A DNA stretch of 64,000 bases, taken from NCBI GenBank assembly GCA_963827475.1, contig CAWHAZ010000007.1, positions 1 to 64,000 on the forward strand. The letters run 5' to 3'. Source of the DNA: an uncultured Chloroflexia bacterium (GTDB lineage Bacteria; Chloroflexota; Limnocylindria; QHBO01). Shown one piece after another: positions 49,158 to 59,071 of this stretch. The notes under the pieces are model-generated. The model did no database searches and was not told the DNA's origin. It saw only the letters and a program-made list of their open reading frames with translations. A program made the position numbers and the translations under genes. The stretch's first letter is position 1. Every line of letters starts with the position of its first letter.

Positions 49158-49664
49158 CTAGGCCGGCAGGGGCTCTCGGAAGATCTCGAGGACGATGGCC
49201 GCCGCCAGTCGCGGGTCGGGGTCGTGGTAGATCCCGCGCACGAGGCCGGCCTCGTCGACGGCGACCATGACCGGGGAGGCGACGTTCGTGTTGCCGCGCC
49301 GTTCCACGAGTGGGATGCCCAGTGCCTGCGACGCGATCTGGCGCTCGTCGCTGAGCAGGAGGAACGGCAGCTCCAGCCCCTTCACGAAGTCAGCCTGCTG
49401 GCGCTCGTTGTCGGTCGTGACCCCGGTGATGGCAACCCCCGCCGCGTCCAGTCGCGGCACATCGAGGGCGACAGCGCGGGCCGCGGCCTCGGCTGCGGTG
49501 CGCGCGGCGCCGGTCAGGGTCGGCCCGGCGAAGAACAGGTGGGCGACCGGCGACTTGCCAACCCACGAGCGGAGGTTCAGCAGGTAGCCATCGGTGGCGC
49601 GCAGACCGATGGACGGAATCGGGTCTCCGATCCCGATCTTCAGGCTGGCGGTGGCGCGACTCAC
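49158..49664 (-). CDS. AhpC/TSA (BCP-like) redoxin-fold protein lacking cysteine
   Basis: IGDPIP, DG..LNL, GVTTD, LPFLLLSD, VDEAGLVR pattern; no Cys. Confidence 0.65.
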   Translation of the reverse strand: MSRATASLKIGIGDPIPSIGLRATDGYLLNLRSWVGKSPVAHLFFAGPTLTGAARTAAEAAARAVALDVPRLDAAGVAITGVTTDNERQQADFVKGLELPFLLLSDERQIASQALGIPLVERRGNTNVASPVMVAVDEAGLVRGIYHDPDPRLAAAIVLEIFREPLPA

Positions 49665-49736
49665 CGCCGGATTGTATCCGGGTAGCGCGCGGATCCCGAG
49701 CCGCGCGCCCCTCCCGGACGTGCCATGCGTGATGGC

Positions 49737-49934
49737 CTAGGTGCGAACGTCCTCCCAGCCGGCAGGCGGCACCCGGGTCAGGGAGCCGACCAGGCGGCGG
49801 AGGGAGACGACCATCGGCCGCGCTTCGCGATGGGGGACCGGCTCGGCGGTGCGGACCGGCTTCCACGAGGTGGCGAGCTCGCGGCGTCGCTCCGCTTCGA
49901 GCTCGAATGAGGTGACGGGCATTGTTCCGAACAT
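49737..49934 (-). CDS. Small hypothetical protein (65 aa)
   Basis: MFGTMPVTSFELEAERRRELA...; AGGAG SD and a consensus-like promoter upstream. Confidence 0.6.
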   Translation of the reverse strand: MFGTMPVTSFELEAERRRELATSWKPVRTAEPVPHREARPMVVSLRRLVGSLTRVPPAGWEDVRT

Positions 49935-49960
49935 TTCCGCTGGCTCCTGGATCGAAAAGA

Positions 49961-50065
49961 ACTTCGAGATCGAACTAACTGGGGCCAGCATACGAGGTAG
50001 ATAGTTCGATGTCAAGCAATACGATGACAAAAGGCTTGACATGGAACTAACATGACACCAATACT
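49961..50065. promoter_or_regulatory. Divergent sigma70-type promoters with three repeated operator sites
   Basis: Minus strand TTGACA(50015-10)-N17-TATGCT(49992-87); plus strand TTGACA(50036-41)-N18-AATACT; TAGTTCGATGTCAAGC-like sites at 49962-77, 50002-17 and 50034-49. Confidence 0.75.
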
Positions 50066-50071
50066 GTCGCC

Positions 50072-50689
50072 GTGACGACACCAGCAGAGGAACGCGACCG
50101 GCTCGACGACATGCTGCTCGTCTGGGCGCGGGAGATTCCCGACCTCGACCCGCTGACCGAGGGCATCGTCGAGCGGATCCAGTTCCTGGCCAAGAAGTTC
50201 AACCAGTCCATGGACCAGACCCTCGAGGAGTACGGCCTCGAGCCGCGCTTCTACCACCTGCTCGGCAAGCTCCGCAGCTTCGGCCCGCCGTACCAGCGCA
50301 CCCCGGGCCAGCTTGCCGAGGACATGCACCTGTCCGGCGGCGCCATGACCAACCGCCTCGACCGCGCCGAGGAGGCCGGCCTCATCCGGCGCCTCCCCGA
50401 TCCGAGCGACCGCCGGGGGACGCTCATCGAGCCCACCGAGGCCGGCCACGCGGCGTGGGACAAGACGGTGGGCACCCAGGCCCAGACCGAGTCCCTGTTC
50501 GCGGGCACCCTGACCGAATCCGAGCGCGAGGAGCTCCACCGCCTGCTTCGGCGACTGATGCGCGCCTTCCCGGCGAAGGATGGGTGGGCCACGCCGTCGA
50601 CGGCAGATGGCTCGGCCGAGGCCGGGGACCTAGCCGGGGCCGAGGATGAGGCTCCGGCCCGAGCGATGGAGAAGGCCGTCTCGCGCTAA
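50072..50689 (+). CDS. MarR-family transcriptional regulator
   Basis: TPGQLA, SGGAMTNRLDR, GLIRR.PDPSDRRG. Confidence 0.9.
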   Translation: MTTPAEERDRLDDMLLVWAREIPDLDPLTEGIVERIQFLAKKFNQSMDQTLEEYGLEPRFYHLLGKLRSFGPPYQRTPGQLAEDMHLSGGAMTNRLDRAEEAGLIRRLPDPSDRRGTLIEPTEAGHAAWDKTVGTQAQTESLFAGTLTESEREELHRLLRRLMRAFPAKDGWATPSTADGSAEAGDLAGAEDEAPARAMEKAVSR

Positions 50690-51514
50690 CCGCTCGATAA
50701 GGGCGTCGTAATCCGATTCCGCCAGGGTGGCGGCGACCGTCCGACGTGCCCTGGTGTGCGAAAGCCGATGGCCGGGCGCCTCGGCCAGCGCCCTGAGCAG
50801 CGCGCCGCGCGCGGCGCGGGTGGCGGCGGTCGAGTCGGACTGGCGCGGGACCGGGACGCGGCGCGGGTCGCGTCGTGACGGGCAGCCGCGGGACACCGGG
50901 CAGGCGGTGCAGCGGGGCGCACGGGCCGAGCAGACCCGCGCTCCGAACTCCATCGTGGCGTGCGTCCACGTTCCCGCCTGTTCGGGGTCGGGTCGGCCCG
51001 CGATCGCCAGCCGATCGGCGAGCGCCTGCAGTGCCCGCCCATCGTGCGGATCGACGGCGAAACGACGCACGAGCCAGCGCCGCACGTTGGTATCGACCGC
51101 TCCCACCGGCTGGCCGAGAGCGATCGCGGCGATCGCCCGCGCCGAGTAGGGGCCGATCCCCGGCAGGCGCTGGAGCTCATCCACCGTCTGCGGCCAGCCG
51201 GCGGTGGTGATCTGCGTCGCGGCGGCGTGGAGGTTGAGGGCTCGCCGGTTGTAGCCCATCCCGCTCCACGCGACGAGCACATCGGCCGGCGTCGCGGCGG
51301 CCATGGCCGCCGGCGACGGGAATCGGCTCATGAACGCGTCGAATCGCTCGGCGATCCGCCCGGCCTGGGTCTGCTGGAGCATGACCTCGGCCACCAGGAC
51401 CGGCCACGGCTCGCGGCTGCGACGGAAGGGCAGATCCCGGTGATCGGCCTCGTACCAGGCCAGGATCCGGCGTCGGACCGAGCTCACCGCGGCCGTGGTG
51501 ACGGGCGAAGGCAC
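50630..51514 (-). CDS. mutY: A/G-specific adenine glycosylase (short form)
   Basis: EVMLQQT, WSGMGYNRRA, LPGIGPY, VDTNVRR, C-x6-C-x2-C-x5-C. Confidence 0.88.
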   Translation of the reverse strand: MPSPVTTAAVSSVRRRILAWYEADHRDLPFRRSREPWPVLVAEVMLQQTQAGRIAERFDAFMSRFPSPAAMAAATPADVLVAWSGMGYNRRALNLHAAATQITTAGWPQTVDELQRLPGIGPYSARAIAAIALGQPVGAVDTNVRRWLVRRFAVDPHDGRALQALADRLAIAGRPDPEQAGTWTHATMEFGARVCSARAPRCTACPVSRGCPSRRDPRRVPVPRQSDSTAATRAARGALLRALAEAPGHRLSHTRARRTVAATLAESDYDALIERLARDGLLHRSGRSLILGPG

Positions 51515-51563
51515 CCGGCGAGGGTACTGCCTGCCCATCGGTCGGTCGTCTAGAGTCCGCGCC

Positions 51564-52578
51564 ATGCGCAGCGCGCGGCCGATCGTGGTCGACAAGTTCG
51601 GCGGGTCGGTCCTGACCCGGCCGGAGGACATCGCGGCTGCGGTGGAAGTCGTCGTCGGGCAGCGGGCCGACGGCCTGCGCCCGGTGGTCGTCGTCTCCGC
51701 ATTCGAGGGCGTCACCGACGCCATCCTGTCGTCGGCGGCCGTGCTCCTTCCCGACGGCGGCGCGTCGCTGCGTGGAGACGGGGCCCATGCTCCGGACTCG
51801 TCGCTGGCGCGCGAGACGGACCGCGCGCTGGCCACCGGGGAGGCCCTCTCGGCCGCGCTGTTCGCGCTGGGGCTCGAGGCCCATGGTCTGCCCGCTCGTT
51901 CGTTCAGCGGGGCGGAAGCGGGGATTCGGACCGCGGCCGCTCACCTCGGGGCGGCGGTGCGGCGGGTCTACTCCCGTCCTTTGCGCCTGGCCGTCGCCGA
52001 CGGCCTGGTCCCGGTCGTCGCCGGATTCCAGGGCATCGGGGCCCATGGCGAGCTGACCACGCTCGGTCGCGGCGGCACGGACCTTTCGGCGGTGGCCCTC
52101 GCCGTTGCCCTCCGCGCGGACCGGTGCGAGCTGTTCAAGGACGTGGGCGGCGTGTGGGAGGCGGATCCGCACCTCGTCCCGTCGGCGCGGCTGCTGCCCT
52201 CGGTCGGCGCGCTCCAGCTCGAGCTGCTCGGGGAGCTGGGGGCCGAGGTGGTCCACCCGGTCGCGGTGCGGCGGGCGCGCCGCGGCCGGCTCCGGATGAT
52301 CGTGCGCTCAGCTGGACGGCGGCGCGCCCGCCACCGAGGTCGTGCCACGCCCCGCACGGGACGCGCCGGAGGCGCTGATCCTGGCTGTCGACCGCAAGGA
52401 ACGCATTGCTCGGATCAGCCTCGTCGGGCCGGCGGATCGGATGCCGGAGCTGCTGCCCCTGCCCGCCCACGGGGAGGGCTCGTTCGACGAGGGCGGCCTG
52501 CGGGTGGTGTGGGCCGAGGTGCCGGTCGGGTTCGCGGCGCAGGCCGCGCGGGCGGTGCACGCCGCCCTGATGGCCTAG
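51564..52578 (+). CDS. Aspartate kinase-like protein, short (frameshifts ~52310)
   Basis: KFGGS, VVVVSA, TGE, VAGFQG, TTLGRGGTD, DVGGV..ADP. Confidence 0.8.
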
Positions 52579-53465
52579 GTGCTGCAGGGAACCTGGTTGT
52601 CCTCGACCACGATGATCTGGCCCGCCCCGGCGGCCGGGATCTGGATCCGGGAGATGGTGCAGTTATCGGCGTCGTTGGTCTCGAGGAAGTCATTCGGCTC
52701 GTCGACGGTGGCGGTCAGGGTGTAGGTGCCGCCGGCCATGCCGGTGATGTCGACCCACTGGTACTCGAAGCTCCACTGGTATCGGTCACCCCAGCCCAGC
52801 GACAACCCCATCCGGACGGTGAGGTCGTCCGGCTCGCCGCACCAGGCGAACCGATAGAAGCTGCTGACCGGAGACCCGGGGATGGCGGCGTTGGTCCGCA
52901 TGTTGTCGAAGAAGCAGAAGTCGAGCTTGCTGCCGAACCGCGAGGTCCCCGGGTCGAGGACCGGGGTGAGCTCCATGGTCACCACCCGCTGGGAGTGCCA
53001 GTGGTCGTGCCCGTCGCCGGCGTACTCGGCGCGAACGGGAGTCGGCACCTGGACGGTGCCGCCAGCGGGCAGGGCCACGATCTGGGTCATGCTCATCGTC
53101 GGCTGATTGGTATCCGCCCGGCTGCCGATCAGCTCCATCGGTCCGACCCCGTCGTTGCTGAAGATCGTCGTCACCCGCAGCAACCGGCGGTCGTTGCGGA
53201 ACTCCACCCGCCATTCGGCCAGCGGCTCCATGACCAGGTTCGGCAGCAGGGCATCGGCGGGAACCACCGGGGTGGGGACCGGAGTCGGTGGCACGCTGGG
53301 TGGCGGCTCGGAGTCGGGGGCCGGGCTCTCGCCCTCGGTGGGGCTCACGCTGGGTCCGGCGGAGACGCCACCAGAGCCTCCGACCGAACCCGCCGGGCTC
53401 GGCGAACAGGCGGCCAGCACCACGCAGAGCACGGCGGCGAGGCTGAGCCAGCGGCGGGTCGTCAC
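52575..53465 (-). CDS. Lysyl oxidase-family lipoprotein
   Basis: Lipobox LAAC, Pro/Ser linker, LPNL, N.G.GP.EL, GHDHWH, KLDFCFFD, GLSLGWGDRY, QWVDIT, GTY, ETNDADN. Confidence 0.8.
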   Translation of the reverse strand: MTTRRWLSLAAVLCVVLAACSPSPAGSVGGSGGVSAGPSVSPTEGESPAPDSEPPPSVPPTPVPTPVVPADALLPNLVMEPLAEWRVEFRNDRRLLRVTTIFSNDGVGPMELIGSRADTNQPTMSMTQIVALPAGGTVQVPTPVRAEYAGDGHDHWHSQRVVTMELTPVLDPGTSRFGSKLDFCFFDNMRTNAAIPGSPVSSFYRFAWCGEPDDLTVRMGLSLGWGDRYQWSFEYQWVDITGMAGGTYTLTATVDEPNDFLETNDADNCTISRIQIPAAGAGQIIVVEDNQVPCST

Positions 53466-54478
53466 CGCGGCAGGATAGATCGATCCGCCGATGCGTCGGG
53501 CTCGACCGCCTCGGCGTCCGCCATCGCGGGCTCGACTGCCTCGTGCTCGGCGGCCTCGACTCCCGGCCGGCGCTGGACGACGATGGCGGCGACCACGATG
53601 CAGGCGCCGCCCACGATCTGGAGGGGCGTCGGCAGCTCGGCCAGCAGGAGCGCCGCGAGCACGATGCCGACCACCGGCTCGAGGGTCGAGATGATGGCCG
53701 CCCGCGGCGCGCCGAGGATCCGGATGCCCATGATCCAGGCCATGGTCGGGATCCCGGCCCCGATCACCCCGGCGAACAGGACCGGGACCAGCGCGGCGCT
53801 CGAATCCAGTGGCTGCCCCAGTGCGCCGAGCTGGCCGATGACCAGCAACACGACCAGGTAGGTGGCTCCCGCCACCGCGAAGGTCCCGCCCGCGGCCTGC
53901 GGGGAGGGGATCGACGGGAAGCCATGTCGCGCGGTCAGGGCGTAGGCCACCTGGCACAGGGCGCCGAGGAAGGCGAGGCCCACCCCGAGCGCGTCGAGCT
54001 GCCCGACCTGCCCGGCGCCGACCAGGACGAGGACCAGGCCGACCAGGCTCACGGCCAGTGCCGCCCAGCGGGTCCGATCCAGCCGCTCCCCGAAGAACAG
54101 CGTCGACACGACCGCGACCATGGCCGGGTAGGTGTAGAAGACCAGCAGCGCGAGACCGATGCTGATCCGGGTGATGGCCACCAGCACGGTGATGTTCAGG
54201 GCGGCATTGATGAGACCCGCCACCACGTTCATCACCGCGTGGCGGCGTGGGATCTCGCGCCACGGCCGGGCGACGACCTGACCCAGCCGGAACAGGATGG
54301 CGGCCACCACGATCACGACCAGGCCGCCGATCACCGCCCGCCAGGTGACGAGCACCAGCGGATCGACCCCGGCCGCGAAGGCGAAGCGCGAGGCCGGTCC
54401 CAGGGTGGCGAATCCGAACGCGGCGATGACGACCAGGCCAGCGCCCAACCCCTCGCCGATCGGTCGATCGGCCCTCAT
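53462..54478 (-). CDS. DMT/EamA family transporter
   Basis: About 10 TM helices, FYTYP, FGER, STLEPV. Confidence 0.88.
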   Translation of the reverse strand: MRADRPIGEGLGAGLVVIAAFGFATLGPASRFAFAAGVDPLVLVTWRAVIGGLVVIVVAAILFRLGQVVARPWREIPRRHAVMNVVAGLINAALNITVLVAITRISIGLALLVFYTYPAMVAVVSTLFFGERLDRTRWAALAVSLVGLVLVLVGAGQVGQLDALGVGLAFLGALCQVAYALTARHGFPSIPSPQAAGGTFAVAGATYLVVLLVIGQLGALGQPLDSSAALVPVLFAGVIGAGIPTMAWIMGIRILGAPRAAIISTLEPVVGIVLAALLLAELPTPLQIVGGACIVVAAIVVQRRPGVEAAEHEAVEPAMADAEAVEPDASADRSILPR

Positions 54479-56467
54479 CCAGCGGGCTCGGCGGTGGCCA
54501 GCTCGGCAGCGAGCCGATCGCGGTCGGCGGTGAGGGCGGTGGAGCGGTCGAGCGCGGCGTTGTGGGCATCGATCAGCCGGCGCACCAGCGCCGAATCGGT
54601 GTAGGTGGCGGGATCACCCAGGCGCGCGGTCAGGTCGGCCAGCTCGGACTCGACGGCCGCCAGATCGGCCTCGGTGCGGTCCAGCTCCGCGCGCGCTCCG
54701 CGCGTCTCGCGGTGCCGCGCGTTGCGGGCCTCGGCCTCCGCCCGTTTGCGGGACGTAGCCTGGTCCGCCGTCTCGTGGCGAGGGGTCGGGGTGACCACGC
54801 CGCGGGGAGTCGCGACCCCCTCCGATGCCCCCGGCCGCTCGATGTCGATCCCGCGGGCTTCGGCGTACGACTCGAAGTCGTCGGGGTACAGGATTGCCGT
54901 GCCGCCGTTGCACCTCGATGATCGTGTTGGCCACGGTGCGGATCAGGTATCGGTCATGGGTGATCAGGACCAGGGTCCCGCCGAAGGCGGTCAGCGCGTC
55001 CTCGAGGACGTCGCGGCTCTGGATGTCGAGGTGGTTGGTCGGCTCGTCGAGGCAGAGCAGGTTGGCCGGGTCGGCCAGCATCTTGGCCAGCGCCAGGCGG
55101 GTCTGCTCCCCGCCGGACAGGACCTTGACCGGCTTGGTGATGTCGGCGCCCGAGAACAGGAACGCCCCCAGCAGCCGCCGTTGCTCGGCCGAGGTCATTC
55201 GCGGCGCGGCCTCCTCGAGCTCCTCGAGCACCGTGTGGCGCGGGTTCAGGGCCTCGATCTGGTGCTGGGCGAAGTAGGCGACCTGCACGTTGTGGCCCAG
55301 CTGGCGGTCGCCGGACTGGAACTCGAGGACACCGGCCAGGATCTTCAGCAGCGTGCTCTTGCCGGCGCCGTTGGGACCGATGAGCGCGACCTTCTGGCCG
55401 CGCTCCAGCGTGAGATCGAGCCCGTCGTACACCGTGTGGTCGCCGTACCGCTTGGTGACCCCGTCGAGGGTGATCACCGTCCGGCCGCTGCGGATCGGCT
55501 GCGGGAAGCGGAAGCGGATGGACTTCGTCCGCGTCTCGGGCACGACTACCCGATCCATGCGCTCGAGGTACTTGATCTTGGCCTGGGCCTGGCGCGCCTT
55601 CGACTTCTTGTAGCGGAAGCGCTCGATGAAGCGCTCGATGCGGACGACCTCGCGGCCCTGGACCCGGGCGTGGCGCGCCAGCTCGGCCAGCCGGATGTCG
55701 CGCTGCTCGACGAAATCGGCGTAGTCGCCGACGTACTCGGTCAGGGAGTTGCGGGCCAGCTCCGCCACCCGGTTGGCGACGACGTTGATGAAGTCACGGT
55801 CGTGGCTGACCAGGATGACCGCACCGGCGTACTCGGCCAGGAAGCCCTGCAGCCATTCGACCGATGCCAGGTCGAGGTGGTTCGACGGCTCGTCGAGGAG
55901 CAGCAGGTCGGGGTTGGCCAGCAGGAGGCGGGCGAGGGCGACCCGCATCATCCAGCCACCCGAGAACTCACCGATGTCGCGCTCGGCGTCACCCTCGGCG
56001 AAGCCCAGGCCGGCCAGGATGCGACGAGCCTCCGCCTCGATCGACCAGCCGCCGAGCTGCTCGAACCGATGCTGGAGGCGCCCGTACTCGTCCATCAGCT
56101 CGGCCAGCTCGGTCTCGGCATCCGGGCCGGAGCCGGCCTCGGCCATCTCCTGCTCGATGTGCGTCATCCGCCGGCCGATGCCGGCCACCGTGCCGGCTCC
56201 GGCCAGCACCTCGGCCAGGACCGAGCGACCCCGCGACTCGGCGACCTCCTGGCGCAGGTACCCGATCACCACGTCCTTGCCCCGGGCCACGGCACCGGTG
56301 TCCGGATCCTGCTCGCCGGTGATGATCTCGAGCAGGGTCGTCTTGCCCGTCCCGTTGGCGCCGACGATGGCGATCCGCCGCCCGGCGCTGACCTGGAGCG
56401 AGACGTCACTGAACAGGTGCTGGGCGCCGTGGCTCTTCGACACCCCCGACAGCGAGACGAGGCTCAT
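54475..56467 (-). CDS. ABC-F family ATPase (frameshift ~54905)
   Basis: Two ABC domains ([22 protein letters not shown]; [22 protein letters not shown]), YVGDY linker, coiled-coil tail. Confidence 0.92.
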
Positions 56468-56477
56468 GCGCGGCAGC

Positions 56478-57410
56478 TCACTCCCGCGGCTCGGCGGAAC
56501 TCAGCCGCGCACCGTCGAGATCGAACCGGAGCCGGGTGGCCATGCCCGCGTGGCCGTCGGCGTTCCACGCCTTCTCCACCGAGTGCGCCGTGAGCGGGGA
56601 GTCGCAGATGGCCAGCACCGACGGCCCGGCGCCCGACAGGCATGCCCCGGCGGCACCGATGTCGTACGCGGTCTGAATCAGCCGCGCGGCGCCGGGGAGC
56701 AGTGGCAGGCGGTAGGGCTGGTGCAGCCGGTCGTCCATGGCCACCCGGAGCAGGGCCGCGTCCGAGGTGAGCACCGCGGTCGCCAGCAGCGCCGCCCGGG
56801 CGGCCTGGTTTACGGCATCGGGGAGCGGGACGCGGCCGGGCAAGGCGGCCCGCATGTCCGCCGTGTGGCTCTCCGCCTGGGCGATGAACAGCACCGGGAT
56901 CCACGCCTCCGGCACCCGGAAGCGGCGGACGGTGACGTCGCGCGGTTCCATGACGGCCAGGGTGAATCCGCCGTACAGGGCAGCCGCGACGTTGTCCGGG
57001 TGGCCCTCGAGGCGGGCGGCGAGGGCCAGCAGCTGATCGGCGGTGGTCGGCAGCCGTCCGGCGCTCGCGCCGAGCAGGAGGCCGGCCACGATGGCCGCGG
57101 CGCTGCTGCCGAGGCCACGGGCCGCGGGGATCATCGACGACACCTCGATCCGCCACGCCCCGTTCCCGCCCGGCGGCCCGCCGGCGACGCGCAACCCCTC
57201 GCGGAACGCGCGCACCACCAGGCTGTCGGACCCGGCCGACTCGGCCTCCGCCGCCCCCTCGCCGTGGGCGGTCAGCACGATCCCGGGCAGGTTCCCCGCG
57301 TGCAGCTCCGCCCGCAGCTTCAGGCTGAGGGCGGCGGCGAAGCAGTCGAACCCGCTGCCGAGGTTGGCGGTGCTGGCCGGTACGTCGACCGAGGCGATGG
57401 GCGTGGCCAC
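56478..57410 (-). CDS. thrB: Homoserine kinase
   Basis: [44 protein letters not shown]. Confidence 0.93.
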   Translation of the reverse strand: MATPIASVDVPASTANLGSGFDCFAAALSLKLRAELHAGNLPGIVLTAHGEGAAEAESAGSDSLVVRAFREGLRVAGGPPGGNGAWRIEVSSMIPAARGLGSSAAAIVAGLLLGASAGRLPTTADQLLALAARLEGHPDNVAAALYGGFTLAVMEPRDVTVRRFRVPEAWIPVLFIAQAESHTADMRAALPGRVPLPDAVNQAARAALLATAVLTSDAALLRVAMDDRLHQPYRLPLLPGAARLIQTAYDIGAAGACLSGAGPSVLAICDSPLTAHSVEKAWNADGHAGMATRLRFDLDGARLSSAEPRE

Positions 57411-57427
57411 GGCGCCGAGTGTATCGG

Positions 57428-58016
57428 TCAGGCCAGCCGAGCCACCTCGTCGTACCGGAAGCAGTCGACCGTGTGGTCGTTCACCAGGCCGGCGCTCTGC
57501 ATGAAGGCGTACACGATCGTCGGTCCGACGAACGAGAAGCCGCGCCGCTTCAGGTCCTTCGACATGGCCCGCGAGATCATCCGTCTCGGCCGGGATCTCT
57601 TCCATGGCCTGCCATCGGTTCTGGATCGGCCGTCCGTCCACGAACGACCAGAGGTACCGATCGAGGCTGCCCGCCTCACCGATGACCTCCAACGCGGTGC
57701 GCGCGTTGCCGATGGCGGAGGCCACCTTGGCCCGGTTGCGGATGATTCCCGCGTCGGCGAGCAGCCGCGCCTCGTCGTCCGGCCCAAAGGCGGCAACGGT
57801 CGCGAGGTCGAACCTGGCGAAGGCGCGGCGGTAGCCGTCTCGCCGGTTGAGGATGGTTGTCCAGCTCAGCCCGGCCTGTGCTCCCTCCAGGATGAGCAGC
57901 TCGAAGAGGGCACGGTCGTCGTGGAGCGGGACGCCCCACTCGTCGTCGTGGTACGCGAGCATGTTGGCCGCCGAGCCGGTGGTCCACCGGCAGCGGACGA
58001 GGTCCCGCTCAGTCAC
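57428..58016 (-). CDS. tag: DNA-3-methyladenine glycosylase I (frameshift ~57580)
   Basis: RCRW, YHDDEWG, LEGAQAGLSW, IIRNRAK, FVGPT, NDHTVDC. Confidence 0.93.
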
Positions 58017-59064
58017 CGAGCGCTTCGCGAATGGCGTCCGCGGTGGGTTCGACCGGCTTCGTGGCCGGGAGCTCACCGGGTGCCGTATCCGGGTCCTTGA
58101 GGCCGTGCCCGGTGAGGATGCAGACCACGGTTGCCGAGCGTTCGAGGCGGCCGCTCGCCGCCAGCTGCCTGACCCCGGCGACCCCGGCCGCGGACGCCGG
58201 CTCGCAGAAGATGCCCTCGAGCCGGGCGATGTCCGCCTGCGCGCCCAGGATCTGCTCGTCGGTGACCGATTCGATCAGGCCGCCGGACTCGTCGCGGGCG
58301 GCCGTGGCCCCGGACCACGAGGCGGGGTTCCCGATCCGAATGGCGGTGGCCACCGTCTCCGGCTCGGCCACCGGGGCGTCGTTCACGATCGGGGCCGCGC
58401 CGGCGGCCTGGAACCCGAGCATCCGCGGCCGTCGGCCCTGCGTCCGTCCCGCCGCGTCGTAGGCGACGAAGCCGCGCCAGGAAGCGGTGATATTGCCCGC
58501 GTTGCCGACCGGCAGCGCGACCGCGTCGGGCGCGCCGTCGAGCGCGTCGCAGATCTCCCACGCCACGGTCTGTTGGCCCTCGAGCCGATCCGGGTTGATG
58601 GAGTTCACGACCACGGCTTCCCCGGACGCACCGAGCTCGCGCACGGCGTCCAGCGCGGCATCGAAGTTGCCCTCGACCATGACCGTCCGCGCGCCGGCGG
58701 CGAGGGCCTGGGCCAGCTTGCCGCGGGCCACCTTGCCCTGGGGCAGGACCACGCCACAGGTCAGGCCGGCGGCCGCCGCGTAGGCCGCTGCCGAGGCGCT
58801 CGTGTTCCCGGTGGAGGCGCACACCACCAACCGGGCGCCGGAGGCCACGGCCCGGTTGACGGCCAGGACCATGCCCCGGTCCTTGAACGACCCGGTCGGG
58901 TTGGTGCCCTCGAACTTCAGGTAGAGGTGGTCGAGCCCGACGGCGGCCCCCAGGCGTCGCGCCTCCACCAGCGGCGTTCCGCCCTCGCCCAGGGTGAGCG
59001 GGAACGCCTCATCGGGGCGGGCGAGGAGGTCTCGGTACCGTTCGAGCAGGGGCGGTGGCGCCAC
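58009..59064 (-). CDS. thrC: Threonine synthase
   Basis: LGEGGTP, NPTGSFKDRG, CASTGNTSAS, PVGNAGN, AIRIGNP, EPASAA, TGHGLKD. Confidence 0.95.
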   Translation of the reverse strand: MAPPPLLERYRDLLARPDEAFPLTLGEGGTPLVEARRLGAAVGLDHLYLKFEGTNPTGSFKDRGMVLAVNRAVASGARLVVCASTGNTSASAAAYAAAAGLTCGVVLPQGKVARGKLAQALAAGARTVMVEGNFDAALDAVRELGASGEAVVVNSINPDRLEGQQTVAWEICDALDGAPDAVALPVGNAGNITASWRGFVAYDAAGRTQGRRPRMLGFQAAGAAPIVNDAPVAEPETVATAIRIGNPASWSGATAARDESGGLIESVTDEQILGAQADIARLEGIFCEPASAAGVAGVRQLAASGRLERSATVVCILTGHGLKDPDTAPGELPATKPVEPTADAIREALGD

Positions 59065-59071
59065 CGGACCG

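Noticed and set aside
49158-49664. Selenocysteine replacing the missing Cys in the redoxin
   Set aside because: No in-frame TGA in the ORF.
50630-51514. MutY lacking the C-terminal NUDIX-like domain as a novelty
   Set aside because: Short MutY with this type of tail is already familiar in Actinomycetota.
54605-58100. Long antisense and alternative-frame ORFs (662 and 783 aa, and many others)
   Set aside because: Shadow ORFs expected in GC-rich DNA; Arg/Pro/Gly-rich with no family motifs.
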